32,000 nucleotides of DNA from an uncultured Erysipelotrichaceae bacterium. GTDB taxonomy: Bacteria > Bacillota_I > Bacilli_A > Erysipelotrichales > Erysipelotrichaceae. Location: NCBI GenBank assembly GCA_942492995.1, contig OW818653.1:540001-572000 (forward strand), written 5' to 3'. Below are positions 24,144-32,000 of the stretch, in pieces (the stretch's first letter is position 1; every line of letters starts with the position of its first letter). A program made the position numbers and the translations under genes. The notes beneath the pieces were generated by a model. That model was not told the DNA's origin. It saw nothing but the letters and a program-made list of their open reading frames with translations, and searched no databases.

Positions 24144-25789
24144 GTAATCGATTCTATGGATTTGATATACCAAAGTCTACAAAAAAACTAAGTCCGCTAC
24201 GTTCACTAATACAATCTATTGTGATTATTGGAGTATTAGCTTTTATTATAGATTATGTTTCTTTACCTGCTTATAACATTCATGACGCTGGTTTTATGTT
24301 TTTATTAGTGTTCTATTTCTTAATCTTTGGAACACTATATGCGTCTTTTTCACATCAATTTAATATTATAGTAAAAGGTTCATATGGAATCGCAATACTT
24401 ATAGTATTATTTACGATTTCAATGACATTCTTGAGTAGTGAATTCTTAAATGCTTCTAAATATCGTGATCAAATAGTTATCAAAGAATCAGAAAGTTTTA
24501 ATTCTGAATTTGATGCGATAACAATCGATAAAATTCCTCTTGTTGATCAAAACACAGCTCAACAATTAGGTGATAAGCAAATTGGTAGAGTTCAAGGTTT
24601 AGGTTCACAATTCAACATTAGTTCAGTCTATCTATTAATTAATGTGAATGAATCAATTTATCGTGTTTCATCGTTAGAATATCAAGATTTTTATAAATGG
24701 GTTCAAAATCGTGAACAAGGAATTCCTTCATATGTTTCTGTTAATGTGACGGACCCTACGGATGTAGAGCTTGTTGATCTTGTTGCTGGTATGCGATATG
24801 CACCTTCAGCTTTCTTTAATGAAGATTTACTAAGACATGTTCGATTTAAATATCGTACTGATATATTTGAAAGTATGAATTTTGAAATTGACGATCAAGG
24901 TAATCCTTATTATATTGTTACTGTTAAAGAACCTAGTATTGGATGGTTTGGTGGTTGGGATACTCAGTCATTAATCGTTGTAGATGCAGTTACTGGCGAT
25001 ATGAATAAGTATTCGATTGAAGATGCACCTGCTTGGGTTGATCACATACAGTCCGCAAATCTCGCTTGGTATCAAATTGACAATTGGGGTTACTACATTA
25101 ATGGTTGGTTTAATACATTATTTGGTCAAAAGGAAATGATTCAAACAACTGATGGATATAATTATGTATCAATTGATAAAGAAATCTATATTTTCTCGGG
25201 TCTAACATCAGTCGGTAGTGATCGATCGATTGTTGGGTTCGCATTGATTAATTTACATACTAAGGAAGCAACATTCATTAAAATTGGTGGTGCTGATGAA
25301 ACATCTGCAATGAATTCTGCGATTGGTCAAGTTCAACATTTAAATTATGTTTCAACATTCCCTGTATTACTAAACATAGAAGGTTTGCCTACTTACTTCA
25401 TGTCATTAAAAGATAATGAAGGATTAGTTAAGTTATACGCAATGGTTAGTGTCCAAGATTATTCGGTTGTTGGGGTAGCTGCTACCGTTGAATTAACGCA
25501 AGCTTCTTATATTGAGCAGTTAATGGAAAAAGGCTTAATTACTGGTGATGTATTGACCCAAAACGAAATAAGTGGAACAGTTTCTACGATTGTTAGTACA
25601 ATAATTAATGGAACAACTCAGTACTACTTCACGTTAGAAGGTATCAATACGTTATTTACAGCTTCATCAGAAATGAGTGTGGAATTAGCTCTTACAAAGA
25701 CATTGGATCAAGTAAAAATACAATTTACTGAATCGAGTGAAAATGTTATGACTGTCATAACATTCGATAATATCAATTATAGTTATTAG
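24140..25789 (+). CDS. membrane protein of unknown function (three N-terminal TM helices plus an extracytoplasmic domain of about 450 aa)
   Basis: Long ORF with an AAGGAG RBS and an ATGA overlap with the nrnA stop. Hydrophobic segments lie at about aa 24-44, 51-71 and 80-100. A Trp/Gly-rich soluble region follows (GWFGGWDTQ, WYQIDNWGYYINGWFN). It is followed by a strong terminator. I recognise no family. Confidence 0.7.
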   Translation: MSNRFYGFDIPKSTKKLSPLRSLIQSIVIIGVLAFIIDYVSLPAYNIHDAGFMFLLVFYFLIFGTLYASFSHQFNIIVKGSYGIAILIVLFTISMTFLSSEFLNASKYRDQIVIKESESFNSEFDAITIDKIPLVDQNTAQQLGDKQIGRVQGLGSQFNISSVYLLINVNESIYRVSSLEYQDFYKWVQNREQGIPSYVSVNVTDPTDVELVDLVAGMRYAPSAFFNEDLLRHVRFKYRTDIFESMNFEIDDQGNPYYIVTVKEPSIGWFGGWDTQSLIVVDAVTGDMNKYSIEDAPAWVDHIQSANLAWYQIDNWGYYINGWFNTLFGQKEMIQTTDGYNYVSIDKEIYIFSGLTSVGSDRSIVGFALINLHTKEATFIKIGGADETSAMNSAIGQVQHLNYVSTFPVLLNIEGLPTYFMSLKDNEGLVKLYAMVSVQDYSVVGVAATVELTQASYIEQLMEKGLITGDVLTQNEISGTVSTIVSTIINGTTQYYFTLEGINTLFTASSEMSVELALTKTLDQVKIQFTESSENVMTVITFDNINYSY

Positions 25790-25810
25790 AACAGCTCAGC
25801 TGTTCTTTTT
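25788..25810 (+). terminator. intrinsic terminator after the 549-aa membrane protein gene
   Basis: AGAACAGC (25788-25795), loop TCA, then GCTGTTCT (25799-25806), running into TTTTT. It overlaps the TAG stop. Confidence 0.75.
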
Positions 25811-25821
25811 CTTCTTAGCTT

Positions 25822-25830
25822 TGGTATAAT
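25822..25830 (+). promoter_or_regulatory. putative extended -10 promoter for dnaE
   Basis: TGGTATAAT (TGnTATAAT) immediately downstream of the terminator at 25788-25810, about 57 nt upstream of the dnaE ATG. Confidence 0.45.
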
Positions 25831-25886
25831 AGATTAAATGAATCAGAATTTGTAGTTCTGAATGTAACATTAGAAGGGTGGACTCA

Positions 25887-28800
25887 ATGAGTACTCATCT
25901 TTGTGTAAGAAGTGCTTATTCACTATTAAATGGAACAATGTCTGTTCAAAAAATAGTGAATCAAGCCAAAAAACTTGGATATAAATCAATCGCGTTAAGC
26001 GATGTTAATAGTATGCATGGTGTTATGGAATTTGTTTTTGCGTGTAAAAAAGTTGATATTAAACCTTTAATTGGAGTTGAAATTAAAGTTAGTTTCCAGG
26101 ATTATCAATTTCCGTTATTATGTATCGCTAAAAATGATAAGGGATATAAATCATTATTAAATCTATCAAGTTTAATGAATACAGGTTATAAATCAATTGA
26201 TTTAAGTTTATTAACAGCTTATCAAAATGATGTTTTCTTTATATTATATTCAGATGAGAGTTTATTTGATCAATTACTAATTAGTGGTAGTGATAAAGAA
26301 ATAGAAGTAGCGATTGAAAAATTAATTAACTTTCTACCAAATATCGTTTTAGGTTTAAGCAAACAAGAAGATAAATTTATAAAGAATCAAAATAATCGAT
26401 TAAAAGGGATATTGAAAAAATATTCTATTTTAGCGACTGCTTGTCATCGCGTTTATTACGCTGAAGCAGAAGAAGATGAAAATCTAAGAGTTCTACGTGC
26501 GATTGATAAACAATTAGTGCTATCAGATCGAAACTTAGTTAAAGAAAGTTTTAGATACATGTTATCTCAAGAAGAAATGCTTGAATTATATGGTAATGAA
26601 GCTTGTCTTAATAGTGATAAGATTGCGGATGAATGTGATTTAAAGTGGGAAAGTACTAAAACATTTTTACCAAAATTTGAAACACCTAATCATGTTTTAT
26701 CATCACAATACTTAACACAACTGTGCTTAGTTGGGTTAGAAAAGAGATTGGATAATAATGAGAAGATTAACCAGTATCGTACTCGATTAAAGAATGAACT
26801 TGATGTAATCGTTTCTATGCAATATGAAGATTACTTTCTAATCGTGTGGGATTTTATACGTTTTGCGAAAACGCAAGGTATATATGTAGGACCAGGTCGT
26901 GGATCTGCGGCAGGGTCGTTAGTTTCATATTGTTTAGGTATTACTCATGTAGATCCTATCCAATATGATTTATTATTTGAACGTTTCCTAAACCCTGAAC
27001 GTATATCATTACCAGATATTGATACTGACTTTCCTGACAATAGAAGAGATGAAGTAATTCAATATGTTTTGAATAAGTATGGTAAAGAACATGTCGCACA
27101 TATTTCTACGTTTGGTACATTAGCCGCAAAACAAGTTCTTCGTGATGTTGGACGAGTTATGGAAATTAATACACGTGATTTAGATTCAATTAGTAAAACC
27201 ATTCCTTTTACACCGAAAATTACGTTAAAAGATGTTTACGCACAAAGTCCACGATTTAAACAATTAATTGATTCAGACGAACGTTATCAAAAACTATTTA
27301 CTATTGCGAGTTCTTTAGAGGGCTTACCTAGACATATTTCAACACATGCGGCTGGAATTGTCATGAGTAGTATCAATCTAACCGAAGTTGTACCACTAAT
27401 ACAAATTGAATCTGATATGTTATCAACTCAATTTACTATGGAATATCTAGAATCATTAGGTTTAATAAAAATGGATTTTCTTGGATTGCGTAACTTAACC
27501 ATTATTGATGATGTAGTACAAGCAATACTCAAAGAGAAGAAAATATCACTTAATATATTGAAGATTCCAATGGATGATGCTAAAACATTAGCGCTTGTTA
27601 AAGCTGTCGATACAGTTGGTATATTTCAACTTGAATCAGAAGGTATGAAGAATCTATTACGCCAAATGAAGACGAGTCGTTTTGAAGATATCGTGGCGAC
27701 AATTGCTTTGTTTAGACCAGGTCCAATGGAAAACATACCGGAATACATAAATGCTAAAGAACATCCAGAGAAGATTCATTATATTGTGCCAGAATTAAAA
27801 CCGATTGTAGAATCTACATATGGCATATTAATTTACCAAGAGCAAATTATGCAAGTTGCTCAAAAGATGGCTGGATTTAGTTTAGCTAAAGCTGATTTAT
27901 TGAGAAAAGCTATGAGTAAAAAGAATGCGAATGAGTTAACTAAACTTGAACAAGCTTTTATCAATGGTTGTATTAAGAACAATTACACTGAAGCAATTGC
28001 TAAGGAAGTATATGCACTAGTATTTAAATTTGCCAATTATGGATTTAATAAATCACATAGTGTTGCTTACGCGATGATTTCATATCAAATGGCATACCTT
28101 AAAGCGAATTTTCCAGATTATTTCTTTGTGGCATTGCTTAATAGTGTTATCGGCAGTGAAAGTAAAACTTTTGAATACTTACAAGAAGCAAAGAATCATA
28201 AAGTTAGTGTACTTGGTCCATCGGTTAATTCCAGTAGAGAAGGGTATTACATTGAAAATAACGCGATACGCTTCCCACTCTTAATAATTAAAGGTGTTGG
28301 AACTGTATTAAGTAGAGAAATCTTAAGTGAACAAAGTAAAGGTTTATTTAAAGATTATTATGATTTTGTAGTTCGTATGAATACACATCGAATATCTAAA
28401 TCAAACTTTGAATCACTTATTGATGCTGGCGCATTAGATGAGTTCAATTTATCCCGAAATTCAATGAAAGCATCTCTTCAAGATGCGATCGATTATGCAA
28501 ATATGATTAAAATTGAATATAATCAACAAATTTCAATCGATACTACATTAGTTAAACCTCTAGAGATGGTAATTGTAAAAGACCAACCCTTAGAACGAGT
28601 AGAGAATGAAAGAGCAGTTCTTGGATTCTATTTAAGCGATCATCCGCTTGTATATGTAAAGAAAAAGTATAATAATCCTAATTCAATAATTCTATTAAAT
28701 GTCTCAAATTTAACACAAAGTTTTATTGGGATGATTAAGAAAGTTAAATCACATCGCACTAAAAATGGTAGTATGATGGCATTCTTACAAGTATATGATG

Positions 28801-28949
28801 AAAGTGGTGAAATAGATTGTGTTGTTATGCCAAATGTCTATCAGCTTGTATCAGAACGTTTAAAAAATGGTGAGTTAATTCTAATCGAAGGGATTATCGA
28901 AAAAGAGAAGTCGTGTTTTGTGAAGAAAATTGATATGATTGAACGATAA
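25887..28949 (+). CDS. dnaE: DNA polymerase III alpha subunit, DnaE type
   Basis: N-terminal PHP domain (HLCVRSAYSLLNG), then GPGRGSAAGSLVSYCLGIT, PDIDTDF, HAAG(I)V, FNKSH, and a C-terminal OB region. I prefer the ATG at 25887 (GAAGGGTGG RBS, 5-nt spacer) over the tracked GTG at 25878. Confidence 0.93.
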   Translation: MSTHLCVRSAYSLLNGTMSVQKIVNQAKKLGYKSIALSDVNSMHGVMEFVFACKKVDIKPLIGVEIKVSFQDYQFPLLCIAKNDKGYKSLLNLSSLMNTGYKSIDLSLLTAYQNDVFFILYSDESLFDQLLISGSDKEIEVAIEKLINFLPNIVLGLSKQEDKFIKNQNNRLKGILKKYSILATACHRVYYAEAEEDENLRVLRAIDKQLVLSDRNLVKESFRYMLSQEEMLELYGNEACLNSDKIADECDLKWESTKTFLPKFETPNHVLSSQYLTQLCLVGLEKRLDNNEKINQYRTRLKNELDVIVSMQYEDYFLIVWDFIRFAKTQGIYVGPGRGSAAGSLVSYCLGITHVDPIQYDLLFERFLNPERISLPDIDTDFPDNRRDEVIQYVLNKYGKEHVAHISTFGTLAAKQVLRDVGRVMEINTRDLDSISKTIPFTPKITLKDVYAQSPRFKQLIDSDERYQKLFTIASSLEGLPRHISTHAAGIVMSSINLTEVVPLIQIESDMLSTQFTMEYLESLGLIKMDFLGLRNLTIIDDVVQAILKEKKISLNILKIPMDDAKTLALVKAVDTVGIFQLESEGMKNLLRQMKTSRFEDIVATIALFRPGPMENIPEYINAKEHPEKIHYIVPELKPIVESTYGILIYQEQIMQVAQKMAGFSLAKADLLRKAMSKKNANELTKLEQAFINGCIKNNYTEAIAKEVYALVFKFANYGFNKSHSVAYAMISYQMAYLKANFPDYFFVALLNSVIGSESKTFEYLQEAKNHKVSVLGPSVNSSREGYYIENNAIRFPLLIIKGVGTVLSREILSEQSKGLFKDYYDFVVRMNTHRISKSNFESLIDAGALDEFNLSRNSMKASLQDAIDYANMIKIEYNQQISIDTTLVKPLEMVIVKDQPLERVENERAVLGFYLSDHPLVYVKKKYNNPNSIILLNVSNLTQSFIGMIKKVKSHRTKNGSMMAFLQVYDESGEIDCVVMPNVYQLVSERLKNGELILIEGIIEKEKSCFVKKIDMIER

Positions 28950-28961
28950 AGGAGATTAAAT

Positions 28962-29627
28962 ATGGCTAAATTACTAATTGTGGATGATGAAGCAAAAATC
29001 AGAGAAGTTGTAAAAGAGTATGCCATGCTCGTACATGAGTATGATGTAGATGAAGCAGAAAATGGTCATATCGCTCTTCAAAAAGTGGAACGTAATGATT
29101 ACGATTTAATTGTGTTAGACATTATGATGCCTGTAATGGATGGATTTACAGCATGTAGAGAAATAAAGAAGATTAAGAACATACCGATTATTATGTTATC
29201 AGCACGTGACGAGGAATATGATAAGCTACATGGGTTTGATTTAGGTGTTGATGATTATGTTGTAAAACCTTTTAGTCCAAAAGAACTTATGGCAAGAATT
29301 AATGCAGTATTAAAGAGAAATTCAGAGAAGGAACACAATCGTTTTACATTTGAAGGATTAGATGTCGATGTCGACGCAAGAGATGTATTTATTGATAAAC
29401 AAAAAATTACATTAACGCCAAAAGAATTTGATTTACTTGTTTATCTCATTCGTAATAAAAACACTGCGATAAATCGTGAAATATTATTGGAAAAAGTTTG
29501 GAATTATTCCTATTTTGGAGATGATCGTACGGTTGATACACATATAAAAATGTTGCGTCATAACTTAAAAGAATATCGTAAGTTTGTGATTACAGTTAGA
29601 GGAACGGGGTATAAGTTTGAAGTTTGA
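28962..29627 (+). CDS. OmpR/PhoB-family response regulator
   Basis: Receiver domain (LIVDDE, phospho-acceptor D in LIVLDIMMP, and KPF) plus a winged-helix output domain (LTPKEFDLLVYL, VRGTGYKF). AAAGGAG RBS. Confidence 0.9.
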   Translation: MAKLLIVDDEAKIREVVKEYAMLVHEYDVDEAENGHIALQKVERNDYDLIVLDIMMPVMDGFTACREIKKIKNIPIIMLSARDEEYDKLHGFDLGVDDYVVKPFSPKELMARINAVLKRNSEKEHNRFTFEGLDVDVDARDVFIDKQKITLTPKEFDLLVYLIRNKNTAINREILLEKVWNYSYFGDDRTVDTHIKMLRHNLKEYRKFVITVRGTGYKFEV

Positions 29628-31053
29628 TTTTCATAACATACGATTTAGAACATGGTTATACTTTTTCACCTTAATGTTAGGTGTTTTAGTTATGCTTTGG
29701 TTAATGCAAATTGTGTTGTTAAGTGCTTATTTCAAAGAAATGAAAATAACTCAAGTTAAAGAAGTTTCAAATGTAATCGAAGAAAGTATTGAAAATAATC
29801 AATTTAGTATAAAAGTCCAGATCAGTGCAGTACAAAACAATGTATGTGGTCTTGTTTATAATAGTAAAGGTCAATTATTATATCAAGTAGATGCATTAGG
29901 TTTAGGATGTGTTTTAAACTCAAATGCGATTGGTTTCACACAAAAAATTATGAATTACACGCAATTGGTTGATGAATCACCTGAGAAAGAATTTGCTTTA
30001 ACCGTTACAAACTCAGTAATTCAACAAGATATGATAATATTTGGCAAAAAATTGAATTTAAATTTTGGGAGTTATTATATCTTCTTGAATTCTAGTTTAT
30101 TACCAATCGATTCTACAATTTCCATTCTTCAACAACAATTTATATATGTTACAATCATCGTTTTTGTGTTATTTAGTATCGTTTCACTTATTATCTCAAG
30201 TCGATTATCAAAACCGATAATAAATATGAAAAAAGAAGCAATTAAATTGGCGCATGGTAATTATGATGTTAAGTTTGAGAAGGGTGAGTTTACTGAATTT
30301 ACTGAACTTGCGGAAACATTAAACTACACATCAGAAGAATTAAAAAAGATGGATGAGCTGAGAAAAGATTTAATCGCGAATGTATCACATGATATTAAAA
30401 CGCCATTAACGATGATAAAAGCATATGCAGAAATGATTAAGGATATATCAGGTGATAATAAGAAAAAACGTGAACAACATCTTGATGTAATTTTAGATGA
30501 AGTAAATCATTTAGATCATTTAGTTCAAGATATGACACAATTATCACAGTTCCAATCAAATGTAGTAACTCTTCAAAATAAGAATTTTAACGTAGTAGAT
30601 CTTGTAAATGAATCGCTTAGATTATTGGATGGTTTAATTAAATCAAATAAAATTCAAGTTCAAATATTTGCGCCAAAAGAGGTAATTGTAATTGGCGATC
30701 CATTAAAAATTAAACAAGTATTAATTAATTTTATAAATAACGCCATTAAATTTATCGGTAAAGATAATCAATTAGTAATTCAAATATTATGTGAAGAAGA
30801 AACAGTAAGAATTGAAGTTATTGATCATGGCATTGGTATTTCAAGTGATGATTTACCTTATATCTGGGATCGTTATTTTAAAATTGATAAACATCATCAT
30901 CGTAATGTTGCTGGAACTGGTTTAGGTTTAAGTATTGCGTCTGCGATTCTTAAGAGTCATGGATGTAATTTTGGCGTTACGAGTGAATTAGATAAAGGAA
31001 GCGTTTTTTGGTTTGAAATGAAATATGCTAAAAAGCCGGAACACGTACTATGA
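29617..31053 (+). CDS. sensor histidine kinase (two TM helices, periplasmic-type loop of about 130 aa, HAMP, HisKA, HATPase_c)
   Basis: H-box NVSHDIKTPLT, N-box INFINNAIKF, G boxes DHGIGI and GTGLGLSIA. It has a TTG start at 29617 that overlaps the regulator end by 11 nt; the next ATG would remove TM1. Confidence 0.88.
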   Translation: MKFDFHNIRFRTWLYFFTLMLGVLVMLWLMQIVLLSAYFKEMKITQVKEVSNVIEESIENNQFSIKVQISAVQNNVCGLVYNSKGQLLYQVDALGLGCVLNSNAIGFTQKIMNYTQLVDESPEKEFALTVTNSVIQQDMIIFGKKLNLNFGSYYIFLNSSLLPIDSTISILQQQFIYVTIIVFVLFSIVSLIISSRLSKPIINMKKEAIKLAHGNYDVKFEKGEFTEFTELAETLNYTSEELKKMDELRKDLIANVSHDIKTPLTMIKAYAEMIKDISGDNKKKREQHLDVILDEVNHLDHLVQDMTQLSQFQSNVVTLQNKNFNVVDLVNESLRLLDGLIKSNKIQVQIFAPKEVIVIGDPLKIKQVLINFINNAIKFIGKDNQLVIQILCEEETVRIEVIDHGIGISSDDLPYIWDRYFKIDKHHHRNVAGTGLGLSIASAILKSHGCNFGVTSELDKGSVFWFEMKYAKKPEHVL

Positions 31054-31685
31054 GAACAATAGATTTTATTCCAAACACTGAACTAAAATTAATGCAAGAT
31101 TCACACCATTTTAAAATGACGTCTGATTCTATTCATCTCTGTGAGTTCATTAATGTGCGTAAGCGTGACAAAGTATTAGATGTAGGTTGTAATAATGGTG
31201 TTATTACAATGTTTGCTAAACTCAAAACAAATGGGTATTGTGTAGGGATTGATATTAATAATGAAGCAATTAAATTAGCCATCGAAAATGCGAATTTAAA
31301 TCACTTAACAAACGTAATGTTTGTTAATTCTTCAGTTCAAGATTATAATGATTCCAATTTTAACTTAATAATCTGTAATCCACCTTATCATAAAGATAAA
31401 ATGAATATTGATACTGCTAATTTTGATGGTAAGTTGACATTAGAAGAGCTTGCGCTAAATTCATTTAGATTGCTTACTGATAAAGGTCGCTGTGCGATTG
31501 TTATAAAATCAGAACGATTATCTGAATGCATCACAGTATTTAACAATTATAAATTTGGATTAAAAAGAATACGTTTTATCCATCATAGTATTAATCATCC
31601 ATCGAGTAGTGTTTGTTTAGAATTTATAAAGAATGGTGTTCAACAAACTATTGTAGAAGCGCCAATCATAAATCATGTGGGGTAA
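31050..31685 (+). CDS. SAM-dependent N6-adenine-type methyltransferase (NPPY class; resembles tRNA m6A37 methyltransferase TrmN6/YfiC)
   Basis: SAM motif I VLDVGCNNGV and motif IV ICNPPYH. About 210 aa. ATGA overlap with the kinase stop. Confidence 0.65.
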   Translation: MRTIDFIPNTELKLMQDSHHFKMTSDSIHLCEFINVRKRDKVLDVGCNNGVITMFAKLKTNGYCVGIDINNEAIKLAIENANLNHLTNVMFVNSSVQDYNDSNFNLIICNPPYHKDKMNIDTANFDGKLTLEELALNSFRLLTDKGRCAIVIKSERLSECITVFNNYKFGLKRIRFIHHSINHPSSSVCLEFIKNGVQQTIVEAPIINHVG

Positions 31686-31688
31686 AAT

Positions 31689-32000
31689 ATGAATGGAACA
31701 GTTGTAAATACAATAAGTATTATTGTTGGATCACTTATTGGCATAGGTTTAAAGAATGGATTTATTAAAGAAAAAAGTAATGCGATTATGGGGGCACTTG
31801 GATTAAGTGTCATTATTATAGGATTACAAGGTGTTATAAATTACAATGAACCATTAAGGCTTATTGTAGCATTAGCGCTAGGTGTACTAATTGGTGAAAT
31901 GATTGATTTGGATAACTACATTAATCGATTTGCTAGACGTTTAGAAAAGCGATTTTCTAGTGGTGAGGAAGGGCGATTTGCACAAGGATTTGTCGGTGCT
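31689..32000 (+). CDS. DUF554-family membrane protein, N-terminal fragment (continues past the window end)
   Basis: Not in the ORF track because it is truncated. Hand translation from the ATG at 31689 gives MNGTVVNTISIIVGSLIGIGLK...GALGLSVIIIGLQG..., open to base 32000. GTGGGG RBS. The N-terminus is typical of YdfK/YqgA-like DUF554 proteins. Confidence 0.6.
   Translation, partial: MNGTVVNTISIIVGSLIGIGLKNGFIKEKSNAIMGALGLSVIIIGLQGVINYNEPLRLIVALALGVLIGEMIDLDNYINRFARRLEKRFSSGEEGRFAQGFVGA

Noticed and set aside
25878-25886. GTG start for dnaE three codons upstream of the ATG
   Set aside because: The GTG lies inside the GAAGGGTGG Shine-Dalgarno-like element that is correctly spaced for the ATG at 25887. 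Similar short extensions at 3120 (fabZ) and 6432 (HAD) were rejected for the same reason.
1-32000. Whole-window search for CRISPR repeats, tRNA/rRNA genes, IS elements or integrases, toxin-antitoxin pairs, restriction-modification or other defence systems, riboswitches and T-boxes
   Set aside because: No direct-repeat arrays are present, and no intergenic gap exceeds about 100 nt. I saw no transposase, recombinase or phage motifs in any frame. The only methyltransferase (31050-31685) is small, has no nuclease or specificity partner, and looks like a tRNA/rRNA-type NPPY enzyme. I could not run covariance-model searches, so small structured RNAs inside coding regions cannot be excluded.

Overview
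The window is AT-rich (roughly one-third G+C by eye). It uses the standard bacterial code, with TGA as a stop at several gene ends. It reads as core chromosome of a low-GC Bacillota-type anaerobe. Nearly everything is on the + strand and tightly packed, with many 1-, 4- and 8-nt start/stop overlaps that suggest translational coupling.

Gene order:
- Type II fatty-acid synthesis block: fabK (3' fragment), fabD, fabG, fabF, fabZ, then an AGPAT-type acyltransferase, with a convergent compact Sfp-like phosphopantetheinyl transferase.
- Polyamine genes speD-speE plus a HAD hydrolase, then a DUF4870-like membrane protein.
- murT plus a gatD-like gene.
- A flavodiiron protein convergent with a 53-aa rubredoxin gene. 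This gene is missing from the ORF track, and I translated it by hand.
- A DUF1287-like protein, an MFS transporter, a class I/II aminotransferase, a small membrane protein and yggS (- strand).
- A GH13 alpha-glucosidase and bcp.
- smc-ftsY-ylxM, ackA, nrnA and a 549-aa membrane protein of unknown function.
- dnaE, an OmpR/histidine-kinase pair, an NPPY methyltransferase and the start of a DUF554 membrane protein.

I found no rRNA, tRNA, CRISPR array, transposase, integrase, phage gene or recognisable defence or toxin module. No intergenic gap exceeds about 100 nt. I therefore cannot support a discrete novel multi-gene system here.

The most interesting item is the MurT-like ligase. Its GatD-like partner seems to have lost the glutaminase Cys and His, and the MurT-supplied Asp may be lost as well. 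That could mean a different chemistry at the D-Glu alpha-carboxyl of peptidoglycan. Other, more modest observations:
- the unannotated rubredoxin
- two promoter/start geometries that suggest leaderless mRNAs
- an unusual fab-cluster layout
- an enterobacterial-type SpeD
- ylxM separated from ffh
- a short-armed SMC

All homology statements come from reading motifs by eye and from remembered reference sequences, not from searches.
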